Positions 40,738-53,200 of a stretch of DNA of 64,000 nt are shown one piece after another. The notes beneath the pieces were generated by a model. That model was not told the DNA's origin, searched no databases, and saw only the letters and a list, made by a program, of their open reading frames with translations. Positions within the stretch are counted from its first letter, which is position 1. Each line of letters starts with the position of its first letter. Made by a program: the position numbers and the translations under genes. This stretch comes from Diploschistes diacapsis (taxonomy: Eukaryota). The stretch is from NCBI GenBank assembly GCA_023645945.1, contig JALAIB010000001.1, positions 1 through 64,000 of the forward strand, written 5' to 3'.

Positions 40738-41186
40738 TTATATAGATATCATGTTCAAGCGATCGATTTAATTAGCTCTACTAACAATCCTCTGAAATAA
40801 GCAATAATCCGCGTAACCTATCTCATTTGAATTGGTCTAATGGGAACTTAGTTAATGTGTTTAACGGTTTATCCGATTACGTCCCCTCTTCGATCATTTT
40901 AAATTATTATTACCGTCACTTTACGGGTTGTATTGTAGATAATGTGTTGAACGTTTATTCAGTTATCCTCCTTACAGATGCCATAGCCACACGTGATCCT
41001 TCCAGATTAGGCTTAGCCCCCCTGGTTGTGTGGTGTCCGACTGACAACGTTGGTTTTTAAGGCCCAGAAGATTATGTACTTCAAGGTCTTTGCTGTTCTT
41101 CTACTACGAATATCCTGACTGCTGGATGTTTGCAAATTACGTTTCTGTTAGCCCTTTTAGGTTTTCCAGATCTTCGCTCCCTCGTC

Positions 41187-42240
41187 CTAGTTCAGGCCCT
41201 GGAAAAACACCACAGGAACAGCACAGTATGTGGCAACAGCGATCGAAACCTCGGCCTTCTCCCTCGTCCACGCGCTAACGAACGCAGCCCAGAGCTGAGA
41301 GTTGAGAAAGCAAAGAGCGCGTTGCGGGATTTCTGGTCCGAAATCGTGGGAAAGAGGACGATGGGCACGATCAGGCACGTACTTGCCAGCGCCGCTACGA
41401 CGGCGTGGCTCACGGTCGCCAGGGCGGAACTGCTGAAGAGCATGATATGGCCGTCGCGGGTCAAGAGGCTTCGTGTCTACGAATAATTAGGATAATGGTT
41501 GCGGGCTGGCAGAAATGCACACGAGCTGGAATGACTCGCCTTGGGTAGAAACTTTTGCCAGGAATACGGCGCCTGGGAAGCTAATCTTGAAAGGCACTGC
41601 TCCAGCGCGTCGCCAGCGGATCCTTCCGAGGATGAGGATGCTTCATGGCTCATATACACGAAGTCTGCTACACCAACTTCGGGGATCTCAAGATAGATGC
41701 GGCTTTCTGAACGAACGAGCGGTTTCTGACCATCGATCCAATTGCGACACTTGAGAAATCTAATTCCGAAGTGGGCTTTAACTTTCGGACGGGATTATAA
41801 CGAAGAAGCGCCTCATCTGCACATTAGCGGGAGCATAGGAGCGGTTTCTGGAAGTCAATTCTTATCGAGAAACAATGGCCGAGTCCTAGCGAGCAATATA
41901 ATGGAAGATGGTAACAAGGATAACGATAATCTTACCGTTGGTTTTTAGCTCCCGTTGAAGCTGCTGCAACAACATTCGCCGATCCTGATTCTCGTCCGCA
42001 CGGCGCGAGCTGAGGTAGGTTTGGATGGGCTCGCTCTTGTCTAGCGCTCCGAGCTGTTCCTCGATCTCTGCCATAACATCGGCTTGGTGGAGAAGAGCTC
42101 GTATGTGAAGGTAATCGAAGCGTTTGGCTACTGCGAAGGCGCCGTCCATGCTCATGAATGTTGTAAGCGATGCGTAGCCCCCCGAGGGTAGTCTTCTAGA
42201 ACTTTGTATATGCCTTAGCTTCGAGTTCTCTCTGCGACAT
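41187..42240 (-). pseudogene. DUF6594-family membrane protein pseudogene
   Basis: EDYPRG/YASLTTFMSMD..KRFDYLHIRALL, SV/RNWIDGQKPLV and a TM tail ..EVSIAVATYCAV.VVF are split by about four frameshifts. Confidence 0.7.
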
Positions 42241-43164
42241 AAGAGTCTCTTCTTATCTTTGCTCGTTCCTTATTGCGGCACTGGTGTTGTTAGTACCATT
42301 CGTGAAATCTGTTTTGGGAGGGTACTGATGGAGAAGTGTTAAGTCAGGGCCTCTTGATGCAAAATTAAATAGAAGAATCTCTTAATGTTCTTTTTCAATG
42401 CCCAACAATGAGGGTGGGGTATTGCCGCTTGAGCGTCGTAAGGCTGTAGCAGCAGAAGCAATAGACTAGCGCCATGAGATCCACTGGGTTGACCAGTATG
42501 AAGACTAATGTGAAAGGCTGCCCTGAAGTGTGGGAGTAGACTCTAACGCTTGATGAAGTAGGATCAAGTGAGTTAAGCTGGAAGTCATCGAATATCGAAT
42601 ATCGTCACAAGTCAATGTTGTTAAGCTTTGGCCACCCTGTCGGGCACTGTACAGGCAGGCACCAGTTCGGCTTACAGTTGCGCGGTTGACACAGCATACA
42701 CTCGCCCTCCCTGTCGCGTAGATGAAAGACCCGAACAAAAAAATCAAGTCTTGTCACGAGCAAGTTTGTTCAGTTGGCAGCTCAGTGTAGTAAGTAGCAA
42801 AATCTCTTAGCGAAATGACAGATAAACCTAGCAAGGGAAAGGAAGCTGCAGGCACTCGTACTGAGGAAAACAAAGGCAAACTGAAAGCAGTACGTTGACT
42901 GATATCTCGATACTGAATCATGAATTAAGAACTGACCGGTACAACAGACAGAAAACAGTACAAAGCAGAACGTACGTCTCTTCTCAAAGCTCAGACAGCT
43001 CTCTCCTTCGCTTTTCTTACCAACCAAGCTGTCTGGACCTGGTTCCCATTTGAACGCAGTGAGCAGGTTTGGGTGGTTCGAGCTGACCTAAGAGCACCAA
43101 TGGGTCCTTATCTTATTGCTGGGTTGAAGCCAAACGATATGTTTATTTTGAAAGGATCCATCGA

Positions 43165-43727
43165 GTGGCACTGAGCTTCCGGATGAAGTGTCTGGGACCC
43201 AGCTTACGCGAGACCCATATACTCACAATCTCATACGAGCTTCCTGGTGCTCTAGAACCAAGAAACAATTCTTTTGGTGAAACGCACTTCGGGCTGGCAG
43301 GCCACGCACCACGCGTCTCAACGCTCACTCCCAATCCAGGTACATGACTGGCAGGCCAATGAGTGCCATGCCGCGCGGCATCTCGTTTATCATCTCGCTT
43401 GTTTTGCGTTGTTGGAGAAGGTAACGCAGAATCGCCGGGGAGTCGAAAGTACGGAATCGCCCCAAAGTGATCAGCCTCATCATCCCAGACCAGATGATAT
43501 CGAACAACAACTCATTAGATGGTACGTTTTCGAGCACCTCGTTCGAAAAAGCAGTATCTTTCTGGAACTGTGAGACAACCATTTGGAAGGGATACGTCTC
43601 GGACCCTGAGCAAGTCAGGCAGCGACTCCTGACGCTAGTGGTGGAGGAGAATCTCGCTCATCGAGCCGGCCTTGCCTATGCAAGGACTGTCAAGTCATGC
43701 CTTAATTTTACGACAGGAGAGCTTTAA
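43165..43727 (+). pseudogene. Fragmented remnant of a fungal kinase-like (HET-s/HeLo-associated) domain gene
   Basis: Fragments KCLG...YELP, RHLVYHLA, IFLEL*, LAHRAGLAYARTVKSCLNF occur in the expected order but in different frames. Confidence 0.35.
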
Positions 43728-44093
43728 GTATCTTGGAAGTAATGTTGTTGGCGTACTTGGTCAGCTCTGTGAAGGATTTCATATGTAGGTACACACTCTC
43801 AGTGCTTTGTGCTCGGGCCGAGACGCCCGAACAGATCGTTGTTCTGGTTGTACCCATCGGCATGGCTCTAAGGAGCAGATTTCGCCACGAGAGAAAGCGT
43901 GTATTTTGTTTGAACTCATCCGAGCAGCGCCGTCGTGTGATGAAGTGCTCTCAGCGCGATTTCGTTTGGTGCACTGGAGCCATGAAGGGACTCTTTGGCT
44001 AAAGCAGTAAGCAGTATCTTCTCCTGAGTCTTTCTTAAAGAATCAAAAACCATGCGATGAGCAGCATGAGCAGTTGTTGTATTACTGTCCAAG

Positions 44094-45947
44094 ATGAAGT
44101 ACTTAGTACATGACTCAAAGTGTATCAACCTGTCTGATGGCTTGGTGATTGCTTCTCTCAGTGGGCTCGCCCTTCATGTCCTCTATTTCAAAAGGTCTGA
44201 ACATCATATGTATGGTACGAGATACTTGCAGTTAGGGACTCTGGTCTTTGTTGGAGCCGTTTTCTGCCTTTCATATGGCTGCTCGTTTACCTTTGGCACT
44301 GCGTTGGAGGTTTCTACAATGTACACATGTGCTTTGCTCGGGGGTCTCCTTACCAGCCTCATGACCTATCGATTGCTGCTACACCCCCTTCGGAGATTTC
44401 CAGGCCCATGGTGGGCACGTGTCACCAGCCTTTGGTTGCCTACCCAGATTCGTAATGCGGATGCGCATAAGAAAATGCTGATTCTGCATCGCAAGTATGG
44501 CTCTTTTGTCCGCATTGGCTCCTCTGATCTTTCAATATCGCTTCCGGCAGGCGTCGAAGCAGTGTATGGTCCAGGTAGCCCTTGCCGCAAAGCATCATGG
44601 TACGATGAAGATTGGCCACGGCAATCGTTGCATACCACACGTAATCACGACTGGCACCGACAGCGTCGACGTACCTGGAGTCTCGCCTTTAGCGATAAGA
44701 CCCTGAGAAGTTATGAACCGCGAATACGCCGCTATAATGAGATGTTCGTGGATCAAATGGACAAGCTTGCTGGGAATCCTGTCGAGATTTCGAAGTGGTT
44801 CAAATACTACAGCTTTGATGTGATGGGAGACTTGGCCTTCAACAAGGACTTTGGGATGCTTGCCACAGGCAAATCTCACTGGGCAGTCTCTTTGCTGAAC
44901 GAGGCATTAGAGCTGCAAGGACTGAAACTCCCAACATGGATATTCCGAATGCTTTTGGCTGTTCCTGGCCTTGCTGGTAACTACTGGAAGTTTATCAGCT
45001 ACTGCGACTCGCAGCTCGATAGTCGAATGAAGGAGTCGGTATCCCTCGATGTCCCAGACGTCATGGCGACATTGCTTGCCGCTGCCAAACACAAACCTGG
45101 CCAGCCGCTTCCGCCTGCGGAAGATCTAGTCCTACGCTCTGATTCGAGAACCATCATTGTCGCTGGCAGCGATACCACCGCCGCTTCACTCACCCATATC
45201 TTTTTCTACTTGGCGAAAGACCAGTTTGTGCTGCGGACTTTGCAATACGAGCTAGACGCTCTCAGGAACGATGCCTCGGACGGTGTTGTTGACAGCCGCA
45301 AACTACATTCTGCCAGTTATCTAAACGCTATCATCAACGAAACGCTCCGGCTACACCCCGTCGTACCCAGCGCGCTTCCGCGTAAGACGCCACCAGAGGG
45401 CATCATGGTAGGCGACGCTTTCGTCCCTGGAGCCATGATCGTCTGGTGCCCGCAGTACGTGATCAGCCGCGACGAGGCCAACTACGTGCGGGCAGAACAA
45501 TTTGTACCGGAGCGTTGGTCCTCGAGCCCGGAGTTGATCAAAGATGCTTCTGGATATGCGCCTTTCTCCACCGGTAATTATCAGTCTTTCTCTTCATCCA
45601 TATACTGCCCATTAAATCTCCAGAGGTTCTGTAGCGCGCGGGTGTGTGTATGTATCTGCGCCATTTGCAAGACACCTTCCCCCTTCCCCATTGTGACTAG
45701 AGGGCGCCTGACCGACCAACAATAACTCTCATTAGGTCCGTATGGCTGTATCGGACGACCGCTTGCTCTAATTCAACTCCGCACGCTGATTGCCAGCATC
45801 CTGACTCGGTTCGACGTCGCTCTTGCCCCGGGCGAGGACGGTACTGGCCTTCTCGAACGGTCACGCGATCAATTCACGACTGTGTCGGCCGACTTGCTGC
45901 TGGTTTTCAAACCGCGCCAAACCCAGGAGTGCACGAGAAATGTTTGA
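44094..45947 (+). CDS. Cytochrome P450 monooxygenase; intron 45574-45736
   Basis: TM anchor, FPGP, AGSDTT, ETLR, PERW, heme motif FST|GPYGCIG. Confidence 0.95.
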
Positions 45948-46343
45948 TATTCGAAAATGGGAGAGAGGCTTCGTGGGTGAGGTATCATCTCGAATGTTCG
46001 GGCGAGAGTGGGAAAGAGAGTATGAAGGAGAAGTTTGAGAATCAGGGCAGCGTCGTCGGGAGCTGTAGATTTTATAAGTAGTAGTGGTCCCAGAGATGAT
46101 GTGAAAATGAGTTTACCTTCTCAATCGTTTTCGTATCTGCGATCTAGTTGTTGGTGCTATTTTCGTAAATCCATACATGAATAGACTATATGAAATGTTG
46201 TAAAAGAAAGTGGACGTTTCTTTTGAGAACTGGGTGGTAGATTGAGTGATATCCATCTCAAAGATATATTAGCCTGGATAAAATATCATTAAAAAGCCTA
46301 TGAAATACCAGAACACGTTGCTTGTGTATGTATTCTCCAACGC

Positions 46344-48125
46344 TCATTCAGACGCTCGCAAGGCCACCAGCCATAAACCCCCTACCAAGGCTCCTACCGC
46401 CCCTATCAACTGCAGCAACCGACTTCCCAGCCATGCTTTCCCACCCGCATCCCCAACCAGTGCTCCTCGCACTCTCACACTCCCGTCCTTCGAGCCCGCC
46501 GCTCCTCTCTTGCCAAGCCCCGGCAGTCCACCCCCATCAGCCCAAGCCATTTTCCCCGCAAATTCACCCCCTCCCCCTTCCACGGCGTCCACGAACTCGA
46601 GCCGCGGCGCCGTCCTGAAGATCTCACCCAGTTGATCCGCAATCGCGCGGTCGCGCTGATAAGGGAGAATCCACGTCGCGAGGATCCGCATTGCCAGGCC
46701 GTCCCAGGCTTGGACGCGCGTCAGCAGCGACGATATGTCGACTATGGGCGCCATGCGGGGGAGCCGTTCGGCTTGATAGGCGGCGAAGAGGCGCGAGAGG
46801 GTGTGGCGCGAGGGCCTGGCGCCGCTGTGGGCGGCTAGCACGCGGTGGAGGTGGTTGGTCAGCACGACGATGGATTCGATGGTTGAGTTGCCTCCGAGGG
46901 CGATGTTGGGTGTCATCTGGAGAGTATGTGAGTTTTGCAAGCAAAGAAAAAAAGGGGAGGGGGAGGCATAGCAAACGCGATGCGGGGTAGAACATGAAAG
47001 AGGAAAAGGAGACGAGGGATTTCTTAGTTGAAGGAGAGATTGTTGGATACGCACTTTATGCACCGCATCGCCCGCTAGGACGATGCGACCGAAATGCCAG
47101 TGTTTGAGGATGCCCTCTTCGACGGGAATGAGAGATCCTCGGATACGTCGCGCCCATAGCTCGCCAAAAACCATGGACTCTGACAGGGGATGGTCGGCGA
47201 CGCGGGCGGCAGCTTCGTCTGCATCAGCTGAGGAGAAACGCTGCTGTGTAGGCCAAGTTACCGGACGCGGCAGACGAAAGAAAACGAAGAAGAAGACCTT
47301 GTCGGGCTGCGTGAGGATGAGAAACGAGTACCCGTTGTTATGCACGCAGGTCATTGTGCAGCTGCCCATCTCTGGTGCGGGTGGACCCATACCAACGAGA
47401 CAGGTCCAGCGGGTTGAAATGGCTGCCGGGAAGCATTTAGCGCACAGAATGGACTCAATGGGTCCTTTAGGGTCCGCTTACATGTTTTTTCCTTTGTCGT
47501 GATGATACCTTGGTTCGATTGATTTGCATGCTGCCACATTAGATCGCGGACAAGGCTATGCACGCCGTCGCAGCCAAGGACCATGTCAGCTTTTTCTACA
47601 GTGCCATCTCTCAGCTTGACCCGGACCTCATCGACATGTTCTTCAATATCAACAACTTCGGCATTGAAGCGTATGCATGACTCGTCCGGAAGGGCGTCGT
47701 AGAGGAGCTGAAGAAAGACACGCCGCTCAAGTAAGAGCACGTCTTGGCCATGGCTAGTTTCTAGTTGGCTGAAACTTCAAGTGTATATAACGGAATCAGA
47801 GAACGAGAAGGTGTACATACTTCTCCTTGATATACTGAAAAAATTTGCTGTCTACGACAACTTTGCCATTGGGCATGCGGTTAACGAATCTTTCCATCAG
47901 TGTACAGGCATCTTTTGCTGCTTGTAAACAGCCAATTTGATGTAATATGCGTGCTCCATGTGGATAGATGGCGATACTTGCGCCTGCCGGCGGTGCCACT
48001 TCACCTCCTTTCTCTAATACGACGTGATCAATACCTGCCTTGCGTAGAGTATGTGCTGCAATGAGTCCTGCAATGCCTGCACCAACGACGACGACTCGAA
48101 AAGAGGTCGACTGTTCTTTGTCCAT
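46344..48125 (-). CDS. FAD-dependent monooxygenase (PaxM/DEP2-type epoxidase), 4 exons
   Basis: VVGAGIAGL, PPAGASI, GCDGVHS, LAGDAVHK|MTPNIALGGN, C-terminal TM segment. Confidence 0.9.
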
Positions 48126-48485
48126 GTCGACAGAAGGTGGAGGTAGATTAAATCGCCCGGACACAAGGCGAGAAACAATGCAGAAGGAAGAGAAGTCACT
48201 TAGTCTCCAGTACGGCTTAAACTTGTATCGGTGTATCACGTATAGGCCAGGCCAGGCCAGGCCGCAAAGCTCATTCTCACGATGTGGGCGAAGTGAGATA
48301 GACAAGGCATTGCAATCTCAGCGTGAAAGTATAGAGAGCTCGAAACCTACCTCTTCGTCACTCAAGTCAATCTCTTGAGAACCATTGAGACCTTTGCGAG
48401 CTCAGGCCAAGTGATTCTCCCTGCCATGGTCTGGATGTTAAAGGCCGAGATCTACTTGAATAAAAGATTCAAGCTCCATTTCGGT

Positions 48486-48517
48486 CCGAAAATCACCGAA
48501 GCCCGAACCACGCCGAA
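48486..48517 (+). promoter_or_regulatory. Four CCGAA direct repeats, candidate Zn2Cys6 binding sites
   Basis: CCGAA at 48486, 48496, 48503 and 48513 in the divergent monooxygenase/methyltransferase promoter. Confidence 0.45.
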
Positions 48518-48856
48518 ACGTACATACTTCTCGCCGTGACGGCTTAAAACAGACTCTGCACACCACGGATGCAGTCAACGTCCATTCGATGGCCTAGCCC
48601 GGAGGAAGATGGGTTACGATCAACGTGGGTTCGGTGTGATAGACCGCGCAGTATTGCCTTGCATCTTTAGTATGCAATATACGTCTAGCAAACCCAGACT
48701 TTGAAGAGACGTCTGAGAAGGCTCGAGCCAACACCGTTCCGACTTAACAGCGCTTTGCAGCTTCGTTTGGGCTGTGATTATCGGATTGCTGCCACTACTC
48801 ATGACCGATGTCAGAGTCCTTCACGCTGGTTCTCAAGAGCTGAAAGATTGGCGAAC

Positions 48857-50006
48857 ATGGCCGCTGCAACTGCTTCACACGAATATGTCCTTGGCCGAGA
48901 TTATTTGGCATCCGCACGGTTCGACTCAACCGTCTCCTTGCTGCCCAGAGCCATTACTAACATCAATCAGTTTGAACCTACAACATGTGAACTCTATTGA
49001 GAGAACTCAAGTATAAAGCACTGACTTGAAAAGTATCTCTGGGTGCAGGAAGTAGGTTATCACCTGCATCCGTCCATTACTCTGAAGCGTGACAATCTGG
49101 CGATTGCGGACGTTGCTACTGGAACCGGGTGGGCGCGCCAGACTCCTTCTTCCCCCAAACTGTGTTGATACGATTGACAGTATATGGATCACCGATCTTG
49201 CACAAAAGCTTCCCAGTTGTACCTTTCAAGGGTTCGACGTAGATCTCGCTCAAGTACCACCCAAGGAGTGGCTTCCCCCGAATGTAAAATTCGATGGACT
49301 CGACCTATTTCAGGCCCTGCCACAGAGTTTTGAAGGCAAATTTGAGTATGCCGCTCATCACAAGGCGGCTGTTCTGGTCTTCTGATCGAACTAGTATCAT
49401 CCATTTGAGACTCCTCATGTGCGTTATCAAGGAGGATCCTAGGCCTGTTTTGCGAACTCTGATCAAGATGTTAAGTAAGACCCAACATGGCACGCAATCT
49501 TTCCATCATTTTCTGACTCATTGCCTTGAAGAACCCGGAGGGTTTCTGCAATGGGGCGAGATGGACCATTCGACGCGTCGGTTTGAAAGAGCAGGCGACG
49601 ACGTCTCTCTCCAAGAGATTACCCGTGCGGGCGAGTATCCAAGCACGCTTGTAGCACAGGATTCAAGGCTAGATCAGAAGTATTACCTCGAGTAGTCGTC
49701 GTGTGGTGCGGCGCTGTAGAGCTTACAGAGCATAGATGGATAACCAGCTTAGGCACACTTTTCGAGAGTGAAGGTCTAGAGCTTGCCGCAAACGATCACC
49801 AATTCCGCGATGTCAGTCGTCTTCCGCCTTATCAAGATGCCGCCTTCATGATGTGGAACGAATTACGAAATAAGATGGGACGACCGTACAGCGACGAGTA
49901 TGACGGTATCCTTGCAGACGCCCAAAGGAAAGTGCAGCAGGCAAAGCGGGGGCTGTCCATCAATATGGAAATTCGTACTGTAGTTGGACGGAAGAGAACA
50001 CTCTAG
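48857..50006 (+). CDS. SAM-dependent methyltransferase (LaeA-like/GliN-like class), multi-exon
   Basis: YVLGRDYLASAR|LNLQH|YLW, IADVATGTG|IW, GFDVD, IIHLRLL, LKPGGFLQWGE. Confidence 0.88.
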
Positions 50007-50282
50007 ATAGTAAAATCTAATTTGTTGCTGGCTTGAATTCGCTCACGGACTCTACCTAGCGATCATCCCAATCTTATGCGGCCTTTAGACATGCTGTGTA
50101 TTTGGAACAAGAGCGGGAAAGATCTTTGTGAGGGTGATTTATCTGCTTTCATCATGATACGTGCTGCATTCACAAGGCATAAGTCCTTCTTTTCTGGTAA
50201 GTGGCAAGTAACGTTCCTAAGCGACGAGTAACGAAGGCAATGCCATGGCATCAACAGCAATAGTAAAAGCTTGTGTTTACCT

Positions 50283-53200
50283 TCAAGCCTCTGGATCTTG
50301 CACGCCCATATTCCCCGCGATTGTTACTGATAACTTTCTGAATGTCAAAGTGGGCGATAGTAGCTGCTGGAACGAGATATCCAGGCCAAATTCCTTGAAG
50401 AGCCAGTTGCGCAGCTCTGATCCAATCATGCTGTCGAGCCCATAGCTGGCAACTGACGTGCCATCCATTTCGAAACTTTCCGCCGGCACCATGAGAATAC
50501 CCGAAGCGCGTTCCATGACATGCTGTGCGATAACCTCAACGGCTACATTGTAGCCCTTGGATAAAGCTTCTTTTAGCGTCTGCTGAAAGTTGCCGTTCCG
50601 CTGAGCCGGTCGTGTTGTACGTGCTATCTCCTCCATCTCAACACGGATCCGACGTAGGCGAGCATCATTATACCAGTAGATATCGTCACTATCGCTGGAG
50701 GCGAGATTCTTAGCGAGTTCGCTAGGGTCGAGACCAAGGATGATCTGCGAGTCAGAGATCTGAGGTACAGTCTGACCTAACTGATGTTTGGAACGGACCA
50801 TTGCAATCTCAAAGCCACGTAACATCTCCTGCTCATCGATGCCGTACATGCCCTTGCGACTCAAGGAAGCGTCAATGTCCTCGTTTTCTGCGACGACGCC
50901 TACGTCGAGCACCATAGGTAGGACTAGGGATGTACCAGCTTGATGCCTGACGTTGCGCTGCCATGCGAGAGAATCAAGGAAGCTGTTAGCGGCGCTGTAA
51001 TTGCACTGGCCAGGGTTACCAAGAGTGGCCGAGATTGAGCTGGTCATAACGAAAAAGTCGAGCTCAATGCCTTCGAAAGCCTTGTCTAAGCATTGGACGC
51101 CGTTTAGCTTGGGTATGATAGCTGCTTGGAAGTCTATAGCGGACATGGTCTCAAACAACCCATCCTGAAATTGAGCCGTTAGGTTTGCTGAATTCCCATC
51201 TTGTAGCACATGGTGCTTACCTTCAATACCATTGCGGCATGGACCACTCCCCTGATCGGTCGTTCTGTCATCAGCATATCTATGACTTCTTTTACTTCGC
51301 TATATTTAGAAGCGTCGGCCCGGATGATCTGAGTGGAAACGCCTGCATCCTCAATAGTCTTGATCACCTCCCTGGCTTCGCTTCGATCGGCTCCAGATCG
51401 CGATATGAAAGCAAAGTGTTTCGCCCCTCGCTCTACCATCCACGTAGTGAGACTTCGACCGAGACCGCCCAAACAACCAACGAGGAGATATGTAGCCTCA
51501 GGAGAGAAGCGATACATGCTCACGTGAGGCTCGCACTGGTAGGATGCATTAGTTGGGACCGTTTCAATCTCAAAAATTTTAGCGAGTTGCTCTTACTTTG
51601 ATCACACTCGTCTCATAGTTATACCAAGCCACTGCATCCTCGGACTGGTAGAAAGTGGCAGGGGAAAGCATCTCGATATCATGAATTGTTGACTTGATGG
51701 TTAGCAGCTCTGGATAGTTGGTTAGTAGCGATAAAGCGACTTTAAGTAATTCGCAAGCGGTTCCGGGATCTTCGCAAGTCAAGTCTAAGATTCGCGTTGC
51801 CATGAAGGATGCGCCGCGGCCAAAAGGAAGACTATCCAAGGCGCTTTCAGTCAATGCTTCGTTGAGGACGAACCGACCTAGAGGTCTAACAGATCTCCAT
51901 ATATCCCTCTCTAATGAAGAGAATTCATGAGCTATGACAATCGAGGGCGAGTCTGTTGCATGGCTCATGAGTTCAATGATGCTTTTGACGTGAGATGCCT
52001 GAATGACACTGCTAGATTTTAGACCAAACTTAGTGATGCATATTTGCTTGTCGTGGTCATTGGTCACTACAATCGTGAGTTTCCAATTGAAGATGCGCGA
52101 AAGACGGATGTATGCAGCCATGGATACCAACGACATAGGTAGAAGCAGCAAAAATTCCTGGCCTCGCAACTTCCCTGCCAAAATGCTGGCATTGAGAGCA
52201 GGATACAAGGGAGCCAGAGTCGCTAGAACATCTTTTGAATCGACGCTGGTTGGAATAGGTGCCCAAACAGAAACTTGTACAACTGTACAGAGGGTCGCTC
52301 TGGTATGTGCTACAACCTCCTTTCCTATAAAGAAGGATCCGACGTTTGGTCCGGCATTGATCACCGTTCCTAAGATGAAAGCACCGGCGTCTGCATTTTC
52401 CAGTGGCTTCGAGAATGTGACTTGGACAGTGATCTCGTTGTCACTCAAAACATTTGATTCGTATGATGTATCCGCGCGAAATACCAGCTGATCCTCTTTG
52501 ATTGAGCCCATAAAAGCAGATCCTGCAGTAAGCTTTCTCTTTTCGTGTCGACTCGACGAAACGCTAATCTGTGCATTCAAGGAGTCATTTGCGATAATTC
52601 GATCGACATGCAGGACACCTTGGTGCAGCCAGTATTCTACATCCCTCCCGGAGTCCTTTGTTGCACAATTGCGTAGAGCAGTAAGTATAGCCCGACTGAC
52701 TTCACTTTCTTCTTCATTTGATTTGTAGTCCAATAGTGCAATCCTAGAAGCAGCTCTCTCTGAACGAATTACTCGGACGAGTCCTTCCAACATACCTGCA
52801 TTTGTTGACTTGCCTTCCCTGACACCTTGTGTGAGCAATAAGATTGACACTGGCGCACACAAAACAACTTGAATTGCTTTGAAGGCATCGGCTGATCCGC
52901 TGGCGAGAACGGTGGAAACTGTGTCAGAGAGTATGACTTGCTGATCCGTTGAAACATCGAAATCTCGTAAAAGTTTCATGCTGACTTCGAAACCTGATAT
53001 GGTGAGGAAATTTATGAGCCTATCGCCAAGCGGAGTTTCATCATTTGCGTAGAGGATCGTCAAGCGACGCGACAGGTCTGTAGCTCCATTCGTGGATGTG
53101 GCGTTGTTGCATATGAGGAGAACACAGTCGTTCGAGTTCAAAGGAAGCGGCGAAATCATCCAGCCGTAGGAAGAGGCATCGTTAGTAAGTTTTTCGCACC

